Of a stretch of DNA of 64,000 bases, positions 28,603 through 42,121 are shown piece after piece. The stretch is from Eledone cirrhosa. Taxonomy: Eukaryota. The DNA is taken from contig OZ024743.1 of NCBI GenBank assembly GCA_964016885.1, positions 62,000,001 to 62,064,000 on the forward strand, written 5' to 3'. The position numbers and the translations under genes are program-made. How positions within the stretch are numbered: the stretch's first letter is position 1; every line of letters starts with the position of its first letter. The notes under the pieces were generated by a model, which searched no databases, was not told the origin of the DNA, and saw nothing but the letters and a program-made list of their open reading frames with translations.

Positions 28603-29098
28603 TCGACTCTGGATGTCGGTGAGCATGTCCAGCCAACCTCAGTCTCCTCTGTGTCACTTTTGAGCTGACTTTTGGGATGCTCCCATACAGCTCTGAGTTT
28701 TTCATCCTCAGTGTATACCAATTAATGTTCCGAGCCATCCTCAGCATTCTCGTGTAGCACCCATCCACCATCTCAGTGAGTTTCTTGGTCAGTGTCCAAG
28801 TCTCAGACCCATACAGCAGCACAGACTCCACTACAGCAATGAAGAGGCGGATTTTCAGGTCTCTACGAAGGTCCGACTTCCACACCGATCTCAAGCTGTG
28901 GCACGCCGCCCAGGCCTTGCTCTTCCTCTCAACCACATCATCTTCCGTATTCCCAATCTTTCCTCCCAAATACAGGAAGTTCTCAACCAATTCCAGCGGC
29001 TTCCCGCCTACATTAGTGATCCCCTCTGGCTTCTCAACATTCTCTACCAGATATTTTGTTTTAGTCTCATTCATTCTCAGCCCCACACTCATCGACAC
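28603..29098 (-). pseudogene. RTE-type LINE RT C-terminal fragment (inverted 5' part)
   Basis: VGLRMNETKTKY..ENFLYLG..VESVLLYGSETWTLTK..DGCYTRMLR..RRLRLAGHAHRHPE. Confidence 0.9.
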
Positions 29099-29104
29099 AG
29101 TCTC

Positions 29105-29268
29105 AACCTACATGGACACACTAGAAGAGGAAGACCAAGGTTAACGTATGTTGATGCCCTAAGGACAGACACTGGTCTCTTGGAGATGCAGGACATGGCA
29201 GCGATAATGAGAGACAGAGACCGCTGGAAAGAACTCGTCCATGGATCTCGGGAATTTTACCCGCCTTA
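29105..29268 (+). mobile_element. 3' end of the same RTE-type LINE in opposite orientation
   Basis: HGHTRRGRPRLTYVDALRTDTGL..MAAIMRDRDRWKELV. Confidence 0.85.
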
Positions 29269-29274
29269 GAGAGA

Positions 29275-29431
29275 TATATGAAAAAAAGGAAAAGAATGAC
29301 TTCACTTGTAGTTCTAAACAATTTGATTTAATTTTATAATATTATAATATTATAAAATTAAATCAAAGTGAAGTCATTCTTTTCCTTTTTTTTCAAATAT
29401 ACCTAACTGTACCCACGATCTCACACATTTT

Positions 29432-29433
<2 letters not shown>
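29275..29433. repeat. Short fold-back TA-associated element; same family at 56290-56372
   Basis: GAAAAGAATGACTTC / GAAGTCATTCTTTTC arms and tail ATACCTAACTGTACC..GATCTCACACATTTTCC. Confidence 0.75.
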
Positions 29434-29508
<75 letters not shown>

Positions 29509-30093
29509 CATGAGAAGAATGAATACTGCGTGGTTGCATATGGGTTACATATGATAAAAATAGTCTTTCATCAGTTATTTTCCAACCTTCATTGGTATTT
29601 CATCGCTTTAAAAATCGTATACCTCTAGTTGGTGAGAGCAATAGCTAAATAAAGCTATTGGGACAAGTAAATCGCGTAAAGCGAGCGAGACAAGTAAACG
29701 AACATAGAAGGATAGCAACGCAAAGATAGGAAAAAACAAGCACATGGGAGTCCGATCAGCTTAAGCCGTGTGGATTTCATGAGCGAGAGACAACAGACCG
29801 TGCGACGCGAGTGAGGTGTGAGCAAGAAAGGACCCCACTTCAGGCCAAACGGGAGGAAGTGAGAAGGGGAGAAGCAGAGAGTGAGTGAGTGGAAGTGTGA
29901 GGAAGAGGCCAGTCGAGAGAAAGTGTAACTGACAGAGGGGCGAAAGAATGTGAGAGAAACAGAGAGAGGGGGGAAGCAGTAAGAGAGAAACAGACAAACG
30001 CAGCTGGGGAAATTATATATAAAAAACATGAGAAGAATGAATACTGCGTGGTTGCACATGGGTTACATATGGGGGGGGGGGGCTTTATATACA

Positions 30094-30133
<40 letters not shown>

Positions 30134-32898
30134 ATAATATATATCACATTCAAGGTTGTGGATGTAGGTGCACCTACTGATTATCAACTCGCATTGAGCT
30201 TAAGCCTGACTTTGTTAAACGTATAGTTTTTTCTCAACTTGACATATATATATGCATATACATATATAGTTCAAGATAAGACGAATACAGAAATACAATT
30301 ACAAAATCTTATTAGTCTCGCGTTTGCTAAAAAAGGAAAATGAATGTTAGTCCTTCATCATGAAAGAGCAAAGTTCGGAGAAACAGGAGGTTAAAAATTT
30401 AAAAAAGAACAATTTGAGAAAAAAAATGAGGCAAAAGGGGTTTATAAGGATTTGTGAGGTGGGCAGGCAAGTAATTATGTTAGAAGTAAATTATTAAATA
30501 TCATTTTTATCTTTAATCACTTCCACATGTCAATATTCAATATATATTATCGGGCTACATTTGTGCAAACTATTTATTTATCAAAACGCAAATTTCCCAC
30601 TCTGCATGATTGCTCATACATCTGGTAATCCTGGGTATAGCTTGCCAATCCTGGACTCCAAAATTTAAATACATTCAACGCTATTGCTGTAATTATTGAT
30701 AGCACGGTTCCACTAGTTCTAATGGAGTGTGACGTCGTAAACTTAGTTGAAATAAGATATGTACCAAACACAGACGCTGATCATGCCAAAGCTTATTTCG
30801 ACTTCCCTGATGTTAAGCAAGTTTGAGTATTCCAGTTCGATGCAGTCAACCCACTAGTTGCTGCTGTTCATTTCTTTTCAACTGAGTGGTCTGGAAAAAG
30901 AAAAGGTCCTAATGAAGTAATAGGGGCATGTCTTGGAAATTTTAAACCAGGTGGTGCTCATTTCTTTCTAGATATGAATATAGCCGAATTCGTCAAGAGG
31001 GGGAAGGGGGGGGGGGAGAAGAAGAATCGATCCCACGATTGGTATTATATATATATCGACTACGAAAAGTCGAAAAGCAAAGATGACCGCGGCGGGATTT
31101 GAACTCAGGGAGCAACGTGGCATTTAATCCGACACCCTATCAACTCTGTCAATTCGCACAATGGACAAAACGTACATCCGTCCCAGGAACCAAACCTATA
31201 ACGATACGCTCGTAAGTCCAACACACTAACCATTAACTGCTCGTTTTCAAAGCCAAGTTAAAAGAAATTATTATTTCAAAAGGGCTGTAAGTGGTTCAAT
31301 GGAGAGTAATGGAGGTGAGCAGCGTAAAAAATGTATTCTAAAAGATTTCATAAGGGTATGATGTGAAGCAATACCTCTAAGATGATCAAATCATTTACTT
31401 TAGGTAAAGACAGTCTTAATTTGTAGGTGAAGAAAACTCGCTGAAAGTTTAGATATAAAAATATGGCATGTACAACTTATTTCAAAATTGAAAGAGAGGT
31501 AGGTGTAATTGTGCGACAGACAAAACAAAAGAGATTAATGTTGTATGTGTGAATTGAGAGATACTTCCACAAACCTCAACACCATTGCTACAATATCACC
31601 ACCATCGGCACCACAGCGATCGTTAACATCACATCACCACCGACATCACCATTATGTTTGTTACCATCACATCATCACCACTGACAACAGCATCAACACC
31701 ATCCCGATCGTTGCAATCACGCTATCATCATCACTGAATCACCCCAACAGCAATCGTTACTATCACAACAATCACTATCAACAACACCACAAACAGTTCT
31801 ACCAAAAAGCTGACACTAATATCACCATCACAAACTGAACCACCACCAATACCACCACCAATACCACCACCACCATGATCACCACCACCAATACCACCAC
31901 CACCATGATCACCACCACCAATACTACCATCATCAACACCGCCAACGGCAGAAATAACATCATCATTACCAGTACTGTCGCCACCTCATCATATTTACTA
32001 TAAGTACTGATGTTAATGTCAATGACACTACCATCATGAGTAAGCGTTACTTCCCCATTTTGAAGTTCAGTTTTTAGCATGTTCGGCTCACAATGGTAAG
32101 GTCAACAGTTCGATTCGCAACAGCACGTTTTGTCCTTGTGTAAGATACTTTATTTAATGTTGCTCTACTCCACATAGCAGACAAAAATGATGAGTTGTGC
32201 CTTTAACTTAAAAAGCCAGTCTTGTCCTCCACTGTGTCACACTGAATCTCCCTGAGAACTACAATAAGGATACACGTTTCTGTGGAATGCTGAGCCATTT
32301 GCATGTTAATTTCACGTGGAAGGCTGTACTGTTGTTTGAATAACTGAACATTCGTTGTCAGAACTGACTAAGTCTCAACATCACTGAGAGACCAAGACTT
32401 TGTGCTATCGTATAAACTACATATTCAAAGGTTCAGTCTTCTCACACACCGTGTCACACCTAAATTCATAGATACCAACATTAAGGGTATACGTGTCTGT
32501 GGAATGCTCAGTGACGAGCTTGTTAATTTCAAGAGCAGGCTGTCCCGTTGTTCGAACAACTAGAACACACGCCATCGGAACTGACGGAGGTTCAACACAT
32601 GGCGTTTTGGCCTGTTGGCGTGTTGGTGTGTTGACAGCAAACAGTAATTAAGTTTCCGCTAGCTTGATTAGACATTTGTTTAGACCAGATGTTGTTATAG
32701 TAGAGTTGTGATGACAGGAAAGATAGGATACCAACATTGACTGACAAAAGCCCTGGAGATATATATGTGAAAAAATTAAGGCGAGCAGCCAAAAATGAAA
32801 TCAATGAATGGACCTCCATCGGTTTCGATTATTAGATTTCCAGTAGTTCGATGAAGGGTACAGCTTGTTCATGAAATTAACGTGTAAGTGTCTAAGCA

Positions 32899-33110
32899 GG
32901 AAAGAACCGCTGGACAGATTTTACGGGCAAAACCAACTGGCAAGAGACCCAGGGGTATACCCCGAGCAAGATGGTTGGATAACATCCATGACCTTGGCTG
33001 GTCGCGCTTGGGAATATAACCGGATCAGTTAGAGACGGTTGCTTCTGACAGGACCCACTGGGGGGAGCGTTTGAAGACTCTGTCCCCACGACCATCTCAG
33101 GAATTAGGAA
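32899..33110 (+). mobile_element. 5'-truncated RTE LINE inserted in a SINE with a 13 bp TSD
   Basis: AAGTGTCTAAGCA at 32886-32898 and 33111-33123; homologous to 44005-44160. Confidence 0.85.
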
Positions 33111-33741
33111 AAGTGTCTAAGCATTCCACAGGCCCGTGTGCCCTTAAAGTAATTCTCAGGGAAACTAAACGCGACAAGGCTGACCCATTAAATCGCAATT
33201 TCTCTCCCAATGCACGGGTCGATCCGAAGCTATGGTGAGTGACACTTGCCCAAGAGGGCCATGAAGCAGTGAGATCGAACCTGGGGTTTAATTATTGCGA
33301 AGTGAACTTCTTAACCGTTCAGCCACGCTGCGTCCACAGCGGTTATTAAAGACGAGTTGTGATGACAGCAAAGATACGATTGATACCAATGTCGATTGAT
33401 AAAGTATTGGGTGATATGTGAGAAAGAAAAAAGCAAAATAAACAGCTGCAAAATATGAAACGTGAAAGCGTGTAACAATAGTTCTCCCAAAGATGGCAGC
33501 TGGTATAATGACTACTAACAAATAAGTTGCTGCTGTTGTTATTGTTGTTGTAGCTGCTGCTGCTGTTGTTGTTTAACTCTACGTTAGCAGACGTATGGTG
33601 AATGGTATACGGAACATAACCAAACTGTCTTTTAGTTCTGATATTTGTGTTTTTCAGTCTATTTGAAAACTTTAACAACAGGCATAATCATTATCATTGT
33701 TTGTTGTTTAGTTTTAAGTTGACTCTGGTCGAGTAGACATA

Positions 33742-34025
33742 CCGGGTGTTGAAAACTTCCTGGCTTAAGGGTATCGCAAAAGGATAGAACTGTTACCCTT
33801 ACAGGGGTGGTAGGACAGCTGCAATAACTGTGTGAATGTGAGAGTGGAATATGTTGAATAAAATCATAATTAATTAATCCTCTTGTATTTTCTTTTAACA
33901 AAAACTCCTGCATTTTCTTTTAATTGATACTCCTGCATTTTCTTTTAACTAATACTCCTGTTTTCTTTTAACCTATCCTCCTGTATTTTCTTTTACCCAA
34001 AGCCAGGAACTTTTCAGCTCCCGGG
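33742..34025. mobile_element. Mariner-derived MITE with TA TSD and internal ~23 bp tandem repeats
   Basis: CCGGGTGTTGAAAACTTCCTGGCTT / AAGCCAGGAACTTTTCAGCTCCCGG; related to the mariner end at 53748. Confidence 0.75.
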
Positions 34026-34227
34026 TATGGTCAAAGATATCCCGGACATGGCCAATGTCTTTGTTTTTTCATATATAGTATTTTTCCATAACTGGTACAA
34101 TCATCTGTGGTCAAAATGACAAGAATTTCAGTTGATATCAGAACAGTGGAATGGAAGTAACATTTGTATAAATATTTGTTGTTGCTATGATTGTTGTTGT
34201 CTAACTTCGTTGAACTAAACCGTTGTT

Positions 34228-34545
34228 GTGAAGGCGTGTAACTTAGTAGTTAGGGCGTTTTGCTCGCGGTCGGAAGATCGTGAGTTCGATCACTGGTGGT
34301 ACGTTGTGCCCTTGAGCAAGAAAGATTATTTCATCTTACTCCAGTCAACTCGGTTAGCAATAATGAGTTGTACTTATAGTTCAGAAGGTCAGTCTTGTCG
34401 CATACTGAGTCAGGATGAATCTTTGTGGGAATTACATTAAGGGTACACGTGTCTATGGAATGCTCAGCCACTTCCTTTCACAAGTTCACAAATCCGTTGA
34501 TCGAACAACTGGATAACTCGTCGTCAGAACAGACGGATGTCCATT
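34228..34545 (+). mobile_element. tRNA-derived SINE family B, near full length (fragments at ~255-400, 10870-11050, 32080-32590, 32810-33190, 45120-45260, 53530-53660, 54325-54490)
   Basis: A-box/B-box head (GAGTTCGATC) plus shared TAAGGGTACACGTGTCT.TGGAATGCTCAGCCA...GATCGAACAACTGGA body. Confidence 0.75.
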
Positions 34546-36191
34546 CGTGGATCTGTTACTGCTCGCCTGTTTGTTTTTTTTTCAAACACCTCACGAACGT
34601 CATTAAATTTTCTATAGAAATAAACAGTGTGTATGTAGGCATGTATATATGTGTGTATATATGTATGCATATACGTATGTATATACGTAGGTATGTAGGA
34701 TAGATAGGTAGGTAGGATGTATGTATGTATGTATGTATGTATGTATGTATGTATGTGTGTATGTAGAGGCCAATGGTAACAGTTTGAGTCAATCATAGAT
34801 TATGGCGGTGGCAGAATCACAGATGGTGAACAGTTGGCTAGAATTCTGAAGATATCTTATTTAATGTCTTATATTTCTGAGTTCAAATACTGCTGTGGCT
34901 GACTTTGTTTTCCTTGTTTTGTTAATAAAATATATACCAGCTATATATTGGTTCTAATCAATTAACTAGCCTCTTAAAATTTCAGAAAAATAGCGTTACA
35001 CCTAAACCAATATTTGTCTAAATCATCACTGTCATTATTTTTACTGCTTTTTTTTTTCTTCTAGAAGCTTTTGTGTTGTTAATATCTTTGCAGTTATGGC
35101 GAATCCTTATCCTTGTCAAGGAAATTTAATATTGAAACGAAGACAGGGTAAATATTATTTATTTAGGAGATATAATTTTACCCATTAGACACGGTTTCGT
35201 ATTTCGCCATATAACCTTCCTTCGCGGCTTTTGTCTGTGCGTAATCTATACAGATATGTGAACTTCGTCACACAGGTTTCGTTGCCTGATTTAACAAGCT
35301 GAATATTTGATGTTCCCTTACTTTCGAATTGGTAGGGTAGTGGTAGATAAAACTGCAGATTTCGTCAGTTTGATGTAATCTTTAATTCTTTCATTCATTG
35401 CTTTTTTACTGGTTTTAAATCAGTAAACTGTGGCCATGCTGGGGTAACGCTTAAAAGAAATTTAGTCGATCATATCGACCCCAGTACATATTTTTTACTG
35501 TCTGATATGTATCTTATCGTTCTCTTTTTGTCGAACCACTTTGTTGCGGAACAAAGACACTGATACACACAAACACACACGCACGAGTGTATGTGTGTGT
35601 GTGTGTCTGTGTTTCTGTGTGTGTGCGTGTGTGTGTATAAATAGAATTAGAAGCTTTTAGAATTAGATTGACTGCAGAACGTGAGAATCGAACCCACATC
35701 TCTTATGTTTGCGACGAGTGTGTTAGAGCGATTACATTCCCACGCATGCTAATGCTATTTTTTCCGTTATGGGGATTCATATGCCCTAATATTAGACTAT
35801 TTTCTGTAGTTAAAAATAAGGTGAAAGCTACTAATTCTATTTTCAAAAATGTTCAATCATCACCGTATTCGAATTCATAAGTCCTTACACACGAACACGC
35901 ACACGCACATGCACGCACACTTTTGATACCGACCTACCCAAAACAGTTTCTGGTTCAATAATGTCAAATATCCATTTTAATGTGTTCCTATCTAAATTAA
36001 AGTCTTCCACTGTAATTTGATCTGAGAACATTTTCTTAACTTATGTTATAAATATCATCTTAATAATTAAATAATTAATAAATTTAGTAAATCCTTCAAC
36101 ATTTTTCATTAATTGAATTACTGGAGTGTATTTCATTAGAAATATTACCACAAAGGGGTTGACTAAACATTTAACGTATGGACCACAGCAT

Positions 36192-36192
36192 A

Positions 36193-36246
<54 letters not shown>

Positions 36247-36321
36247 CAGCAGCAGCAGCAGCAGCAGTAGTAGAGATGGTAGTGGTGGTAGTAGTAGAAA
36301 TAGTAGCTGTAGTATTAGGGA

Positions 36322-36357
<36 letters not shown>

Positions 36358-36450
36358 TGGTAGTAGCAGAAGCAGCTGTAGTAGTGGTAGTGTTGGTGAT
36401 TGTAGTAGCAATAATAGTAGCAGCAGTAATGGTAGTCGTAGTGGTAGTAC
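36192..36450. repeat. (TAG)n/(CAG)n/(TGG)n trinucleotide repeat
   Basis: Seen directly. Confidence 0.95.
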
Positions 36451-36797
36451 AGTCCCAGATTTAGTTGGTGATTATTGAGGCGTCGATTGGGAAGGGTCAT
36501 GTAAAATACTACAAATATACATAAATATATGGGTCAGTGATTCGGAGAGCTGTTTAGGGTACTAAAACACTGTATTGTTATGAAGCTGCTTATTGTAGGA
36601 TTAAATAGTTTCAGCTTACCTTATAAATTAATGTCAATGAGAATTTGCCTGTCTTTACATACACCAATATATTAATGATGTTTTCCCCCTTCTTCCTTTA
36701 TTATTATTCCCACACAATATCGTCCTGTGCCGTCTTTAGTGTCGCCTTAATGTGAGCCCTGTGTGGCTAATAAAGAAAGCATTATTATTAGGGCAGA

Positions 36798-37287
36798 TCG
36801 GCGGTGGATTGTCAGTATCGGTAGCGGGTCGGACGCCATGTTTTGCAGCAAAGAGTTACGGCCCTTTATGGTCTGAGTTCAAATTCCGTCGAGGTTAACT
36901 TTGCCTTTCATCCTTACGGGCCGATAAAATAAAGCACCAGTAATACACTGGGATAATTGCTGGCCTTGTGCCAAAAGTAGAAACAATTATTAGGGCAGTA
37001 TCGGTAGAGGGTCGGACGCCATGCTTTGACGCATAGAATTACTGCCCTTGCCATTCTGAGTTCAAATCCCGCCGAGGTTAACTTTGCCTTTCATCCTTAC
37101 GGGGTCGATAAAATACAGTACCAGTAATGCACTGGGTATTTTCTGGCCTTGTGCCAATAGTAGAAACAATTATTAGGGTGGTGGATTGGCAGTATCGGTA
37201 GAGAGTCGGACACTTTGCTTTGCAGCATAGAGTTACGGCCTTTTACGTTCTCAGTTCAAATCCTACCGAGGTTAGCCTTAGCCTTTG
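36798..37287 (+). mobile_element. Three head-to-tail SINE family A copies
   Basis: Units joined at AAACAATTATT-AGGG; third copy 3'-truncated. Confidence 0.9.
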
Positions 37288-37624
37288 CAACAATTTGAAT
37301 GAGAACATATAACTTCGCATATTGAGATGTCGAAGAAGAGTCGGGCCCGGGTCACTGTTATTGTACCCTCAGTTGATCAATATCAACACAATTATAATAT
37401 GCCATTAAAATTTCTACATATGCTGCAACACTGTCTTTGATTATACATAAACTCTGCAATACAACCCCAACATGAGACCTTATAACAGTATTGTGCTTCG
37501 AACGCAGCGCCGCCTATAACTGTAGTTACACACCTAACATTAGATTTGATGTTTACACAATACTAATGTGTTAAGTACCTTACTGTGGTTACCCCCGATT
37601 GAACCTGGGATTCACACACACACG

Positions 37625-37686
<62 letters not shown>

Positions 37687-38249
37687 ACGGTTTTGTAGTA
37701 GCTGGACTTAATCATATTCAAACTCGCCCAGAGACGACTTGAGTTGCTCTATACCTTGTATATTTTACTTACTTATTACTAACACATACATACATGCAAA
37801 CATACATACAAGTATATATGTATGTATGTTATGGTCACGGTCATGCCTCTATTACTCCAACTAAATATTTCTTTAAAATATATATATGAGGCCATGTCCT
37901 GTCGATTAGAGAGGATCCTTTCAATAAATAAAACTTTCTGAAGGTCAACATGTTCAAAATGTTCAGGTCAGATCATTGATATCTCATTAAATAACTACTT
38001 CTAACGTGGCTGGTTCGTGCTGGTACTGTGGGGCCCCTACATACATACATACATACATACATACATACATACATACATACATACATACATACATACATAC
38101 ATACATACACTTGTACGTATACATGTTCATGCATATTTACATATATACATACCAAAATGCATTCATACATATATACATTCATACATATAGACACACACAT
38201 TCATAACGACACATATACTACATCTGCCCTCCCTAGTTCTTGTGCTCAA

Positions 38250-38570
<321 letters not shown>

Positions 38571-38900
38571 TCTCTATTCCTCTCTCCCCCTCTTCCCTTT
38601 CCTCCTCTCCAGCTCTATCTCCCTATGTTCCCTATTTTACTGCCCCCCCCCCCCCATTTCTCCCGGCCATACTCCTGTCTCTCTTTATCTGTCCCAGAAG
38701 TCGAGAAAGCAAAACACCTCCATAAATGACATTTTTCAAAGCAATCAACTGAGGGTTTTTTGCTGTTAGTTTTTGTATGTTTTTCTCTCACCTTGTCCTT
38801 CCTTTTCTTCTGGTAGGTGATTTTGGTTGTTGTTGTTGATGATGATGATGATGATGAAGTGGTGGTGGTGGTAGAATTTGTCATTTTTCTACTCTGTTGC

Positions 38901-38957
<57 letters not shown>

Positions 38958-39284
38958 GCTGGTGGTGGAGATGGTGGAGTTAGAATTTGTCATTTTCTTC
39001 TCTGTTACTGTTGTTGTTGTGGTGGTGGTGGTGTTGGTGTTCTAGAAGATGGAGGGAAAAGCCAGGTAGTAGATGATATATGCCGCTGCCACATTCTTCT
39101 GTACAGTTTGCTGTGTTCCTCACAGCGGGAGTAGTAATATTGTGTCTGTCCTTGTCATGATATTTTATAATACTTTTCATTGGTGGCGGTGATGCTGCTT
39201 GTAGTCGTCATTATAATGGTGGTCGAAGTTGTTGTGGTGGTGATAATAGTGGTGGTAACCTTTGTGGTAAATAGTGTTTTTTAT

Positions 39285-39314
<30 letters not shown>

Positions 39315-39319
<5 letters not shown>

Positions 39320-39508
39320 AAAAAGTATGACCCCGACGGCAGATCTCAAGCCGTTTCGACGGCTATTTTTACTCCAGAAATAGCCGTCGAAACGGCTTGA
39401 GCTCTGCCGTCGGGGTCATACTTTTTCCTATTTACCACTCTACTACCCTAATTATTGAGTACTCTGGTGCGTTATGGTCCATCTGGTTCCTTACCACATT
39501 TCCTTTGT
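39315..39508 (+). mobile_element. Fold-back element carrying only the 3' half of a hammerhead
   Basis: Palindrome 39315-39431; GAAACGGC ttgagctct GCCGTC forms a 5 bp stem III plus GUC triplet; CUGANGA is missing at the fold-back axis. Confidence 0.65.
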
Positions 39509-39535
39509 TATATATATATATATATATAAAAGTGG

Positions 39536-39582
39536 CTTCTACAGGACTAGAACTGTTTCTTTCAAAAGAAATCATCAGGACT
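39536..39582 (-). ncRNA. Hammerhead in fold-back element 39528-39722 (family shared with 55005 and 56045)
   Basis: TC-CTGATGA-TTTC tttt GAAA-GAAACAG ttctagtc CTGTA-GA on minus; right-arm copy has a decayed core CTAATAA. Confidence 0.7.
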
Positions 39583-39781
39583 TTCCTAATAATTTCTTTT
39601 GAATGAAACAGTTCTAATCCTGTAGAAGCCACTTCTATTTTAAACATCATGTTTACACTCTACTAATGTATTGAATATTTTAATAACTGAGGTTACCCCC
39701 CTCCGATCGAACCCGGGACTCATATGCTCTAACATGGCCTCAGCCAGATGGTTGGAACAAGTAAAAGAGTAAAAGATATAT

Positions 39782-39812
<31 letters not shown>

Positions 39813-39992
39813 TGTTATACTTTGGGAGAGTCATGTTGCCAATAAGAAACACACGCACCATACGCTTTCATTTCAATTTATTATAAATTTTATAAATTTT
39901 ATATATATAAATTTTATAAATTTTATATATATAAATTTTATAAATTTCCGGTTGGCTGGTTGGTTCCACAACCGGATGGTTGTTCTGATATT

Positions 39993-40035
39993 GTCAAAGT
40001 TCTTTCGTCACACATTCTGTGACCTCTTCAGTTAC
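39993..40035 (-). ncRNA. Hammerhead in the inverted pLTR
   Basis: Mirror of 41192-41234 with one stem I mismatch. Confidence 0.75.
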
Positions 40036-41191
40036 TGGGGATTCTTTTCTTTGTTTTGTGCCTCTCCTTTGTTCTGTCCTACGCCATCCCATGACTCTCT
40101 AATACCTGATCCACCGAAACTCAGCTGTTTCGGATCACACCAAAATCAACATACTGATTGCGGATTTAGTAAGGGTGATGAGGAACGTGTCCCGCGTGTG
40201 CAACCCCAAAGAATTAGAGAGACACATACAACACTTCATCCACCGTATGCAGTTCTCTGGCTATAATCAGAGAGATAAGATCAGAGTATATAGAGGAGCC
40301 AGAACCAAATGGGAAAAAATGGGAAATAATGATACAAATGGGACCTGCCATTGTATAGGAGCAAATTTTGGAATATAATAGAAAGAACTAGGAATAAGGT
40401 TAATAGAATAAACTCATGGTATGATAGCAATAAATACCAGAGTGTAATGTCCATCAATACAACCCCTAGAGGTCAACTAGCTTACAAATTTAGAAGGGCC
40501 CTATATAAACTTAAACTAAATATTAAGATAGTGGAAAGCCCAGGTACTTCCATAAAACACTTATTAGTAATACACACCCTTTTGAAAGACTTCCCTATAT
40601 AGATAAGGAAATGCATAATCTGTAAGCTAAGTCCCCATATTAACTGTAAAACTAGAAACATAGTATATAGCATAAGATGTACTGAGGGACAATGTAAAAA
40701 TAAGAATATAATGCACATAGGTGAGACAGCTCGTAGCATAGGAGAATGATTAAATGAACACTGGCGAGAACTCCAAGATAGAAAAGACTCATCAATACTC
40801 CACCAACATGCTAAAATAGAACATAAGGGCAAATTAGAGAACATAGAGATAAAAATAGAATCTACACAGAGAAAAGACGCAATGCTTAGACAAATCACAG
40901 AGGCAATAAACATAAATGAACTCCAACCAAAATTAAATAGAAAACATGAATGGAATAGCAACATCACAACTTATAATTAAGGACAAAATGAAAAACACAC
41001 ACACATAGAACAAACAACTAACTAGTAACATGTAAATAAACAAATAAATAAACAAATACAAACAAACAAATAAAAACACACACAGACACCCGGATGTAAC
41101 ACAAGCGCAAACTAAGCACACAATACACACAAAAACAAGATGGCGTAGGACAGAACAAAGGAGAGGCACAAAACAAAGAAAAGAATCCCCA

Positions 41192-41234
41192 GTCACTGAA
41201 GAGGTCACAGAATGTGTGACGAAAGAACTTTGAC
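41192..41234 (+). ncRNA. Type I hammerhead ribozyme in the Penelope pLTR
   Basis: GTCA-CTGAAGA-gGTCACA gaatg TGTGAC-GAAAG aa CTT-TGAC. Confidence 0.82.
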
Positions 41235-41441
41235 AATATAAGAACAACAATCCTGTTGGAAGCAACCAACCGGAAATTTATAAAATTTATATTTATAAAA
41301 TTTATAAAATTTATAATAAATTGAAGTGAAAGCAACTGGTGCGTGTGTTTTTTACTGGCAACATGACTCTCCCAAAGTATAACAATATCGGTTTTAACAC
41401 ACGTTTTCAGATAAAGAATCTTGCTAACAAATTCAGAAATG

Positions 41442-41482
<41 letters not shown>

Positions 41483-41499
41483 GGAGAGGGAGAGAGAGA

Positions 41500-41567
<68 letters not shown>

Positions 41568-41817
41568 TAAAATCGCAACCGCGGCACCAAGAGGTTTCGG
41601 CTTGTGCGTTCAGGAAGCCTATTTAATTATGCCCCAGCATGGCCTCAGCCGGATGGCTGGAACAGGCAAAAGAGAAAAAGAGTATTATATATATATATAT
41701 ATAATTAATTACATCCGTCATCCGCAATCCAATTTAATTTGGTCGTATGTAACATGCTTTCGCAGTCAAGAATAGTAACAGACACCTAAACAAGTTAAAC
41801 TATTAATAAATATTCTA

Positions 41818-42040
41818 GGGTGTTGGATTGGCAGTATCGGTTGAGGGTCGAACGCCATGCTTTGCAGCATAGAGTTACGGTCCTTTATGGTCTGAGTTCA
41901 AATCCCGCCGAGGTTAACTTTACCTTTCATCCTTACGGGGTCGATAAAATAAAGTACCAGTCACGCACTGGGATCGATTTAATCGACTTTCCCCTCCCCA
42001 AAAATTGCTGGCCTTGTGCCTATATAAGAAACCACTATTA
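41818..42040 (+). mobile_element. SINE family A copy, longer variant
   Basis: Head, B-box, central domain and extra GATTTAATCGACTTTCCCC segment also seen at 52702-52915. Confidence 0.88.
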
Positions 42041-42061
42041 ATAAATATTCTAAACTTCCAC

Positions 42062-42121
<60 letters not shown>

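Larger units (their letters stand above)
39810..41388 (+). mobile_element. 5'-truncated Penelope-like element: inverted pLTR + RT thumb/GIY-YIG remnant + pLTR
   Basis: 39810-40089 is the reverse complement of 41139-41388; internal frames LIHRNSA..KINILIADLVRVMRNVS..RMQFSGY and CKTRNIVYSIRC..HIGETARSIGE*LNEH..RQITEAINI..LQPKLNRKHEW. Confidence 0.9.

Noticed and set aside
30310-30368. Hammerhead-like remnant on minus (related sequence at ~53110-53200)
   Set aside because: C3 and G12 missing; too decayed to call
30605-30665. SGNPGY peptide reminiscent of a tectonic-family motif
   Set aside because: Six-residue match in a short frame with no supporting context
40482-40967. 161 aa minus-strand ORF
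   Set aside because: Antisense shadow of the plus-strand GIY-YIG remnant
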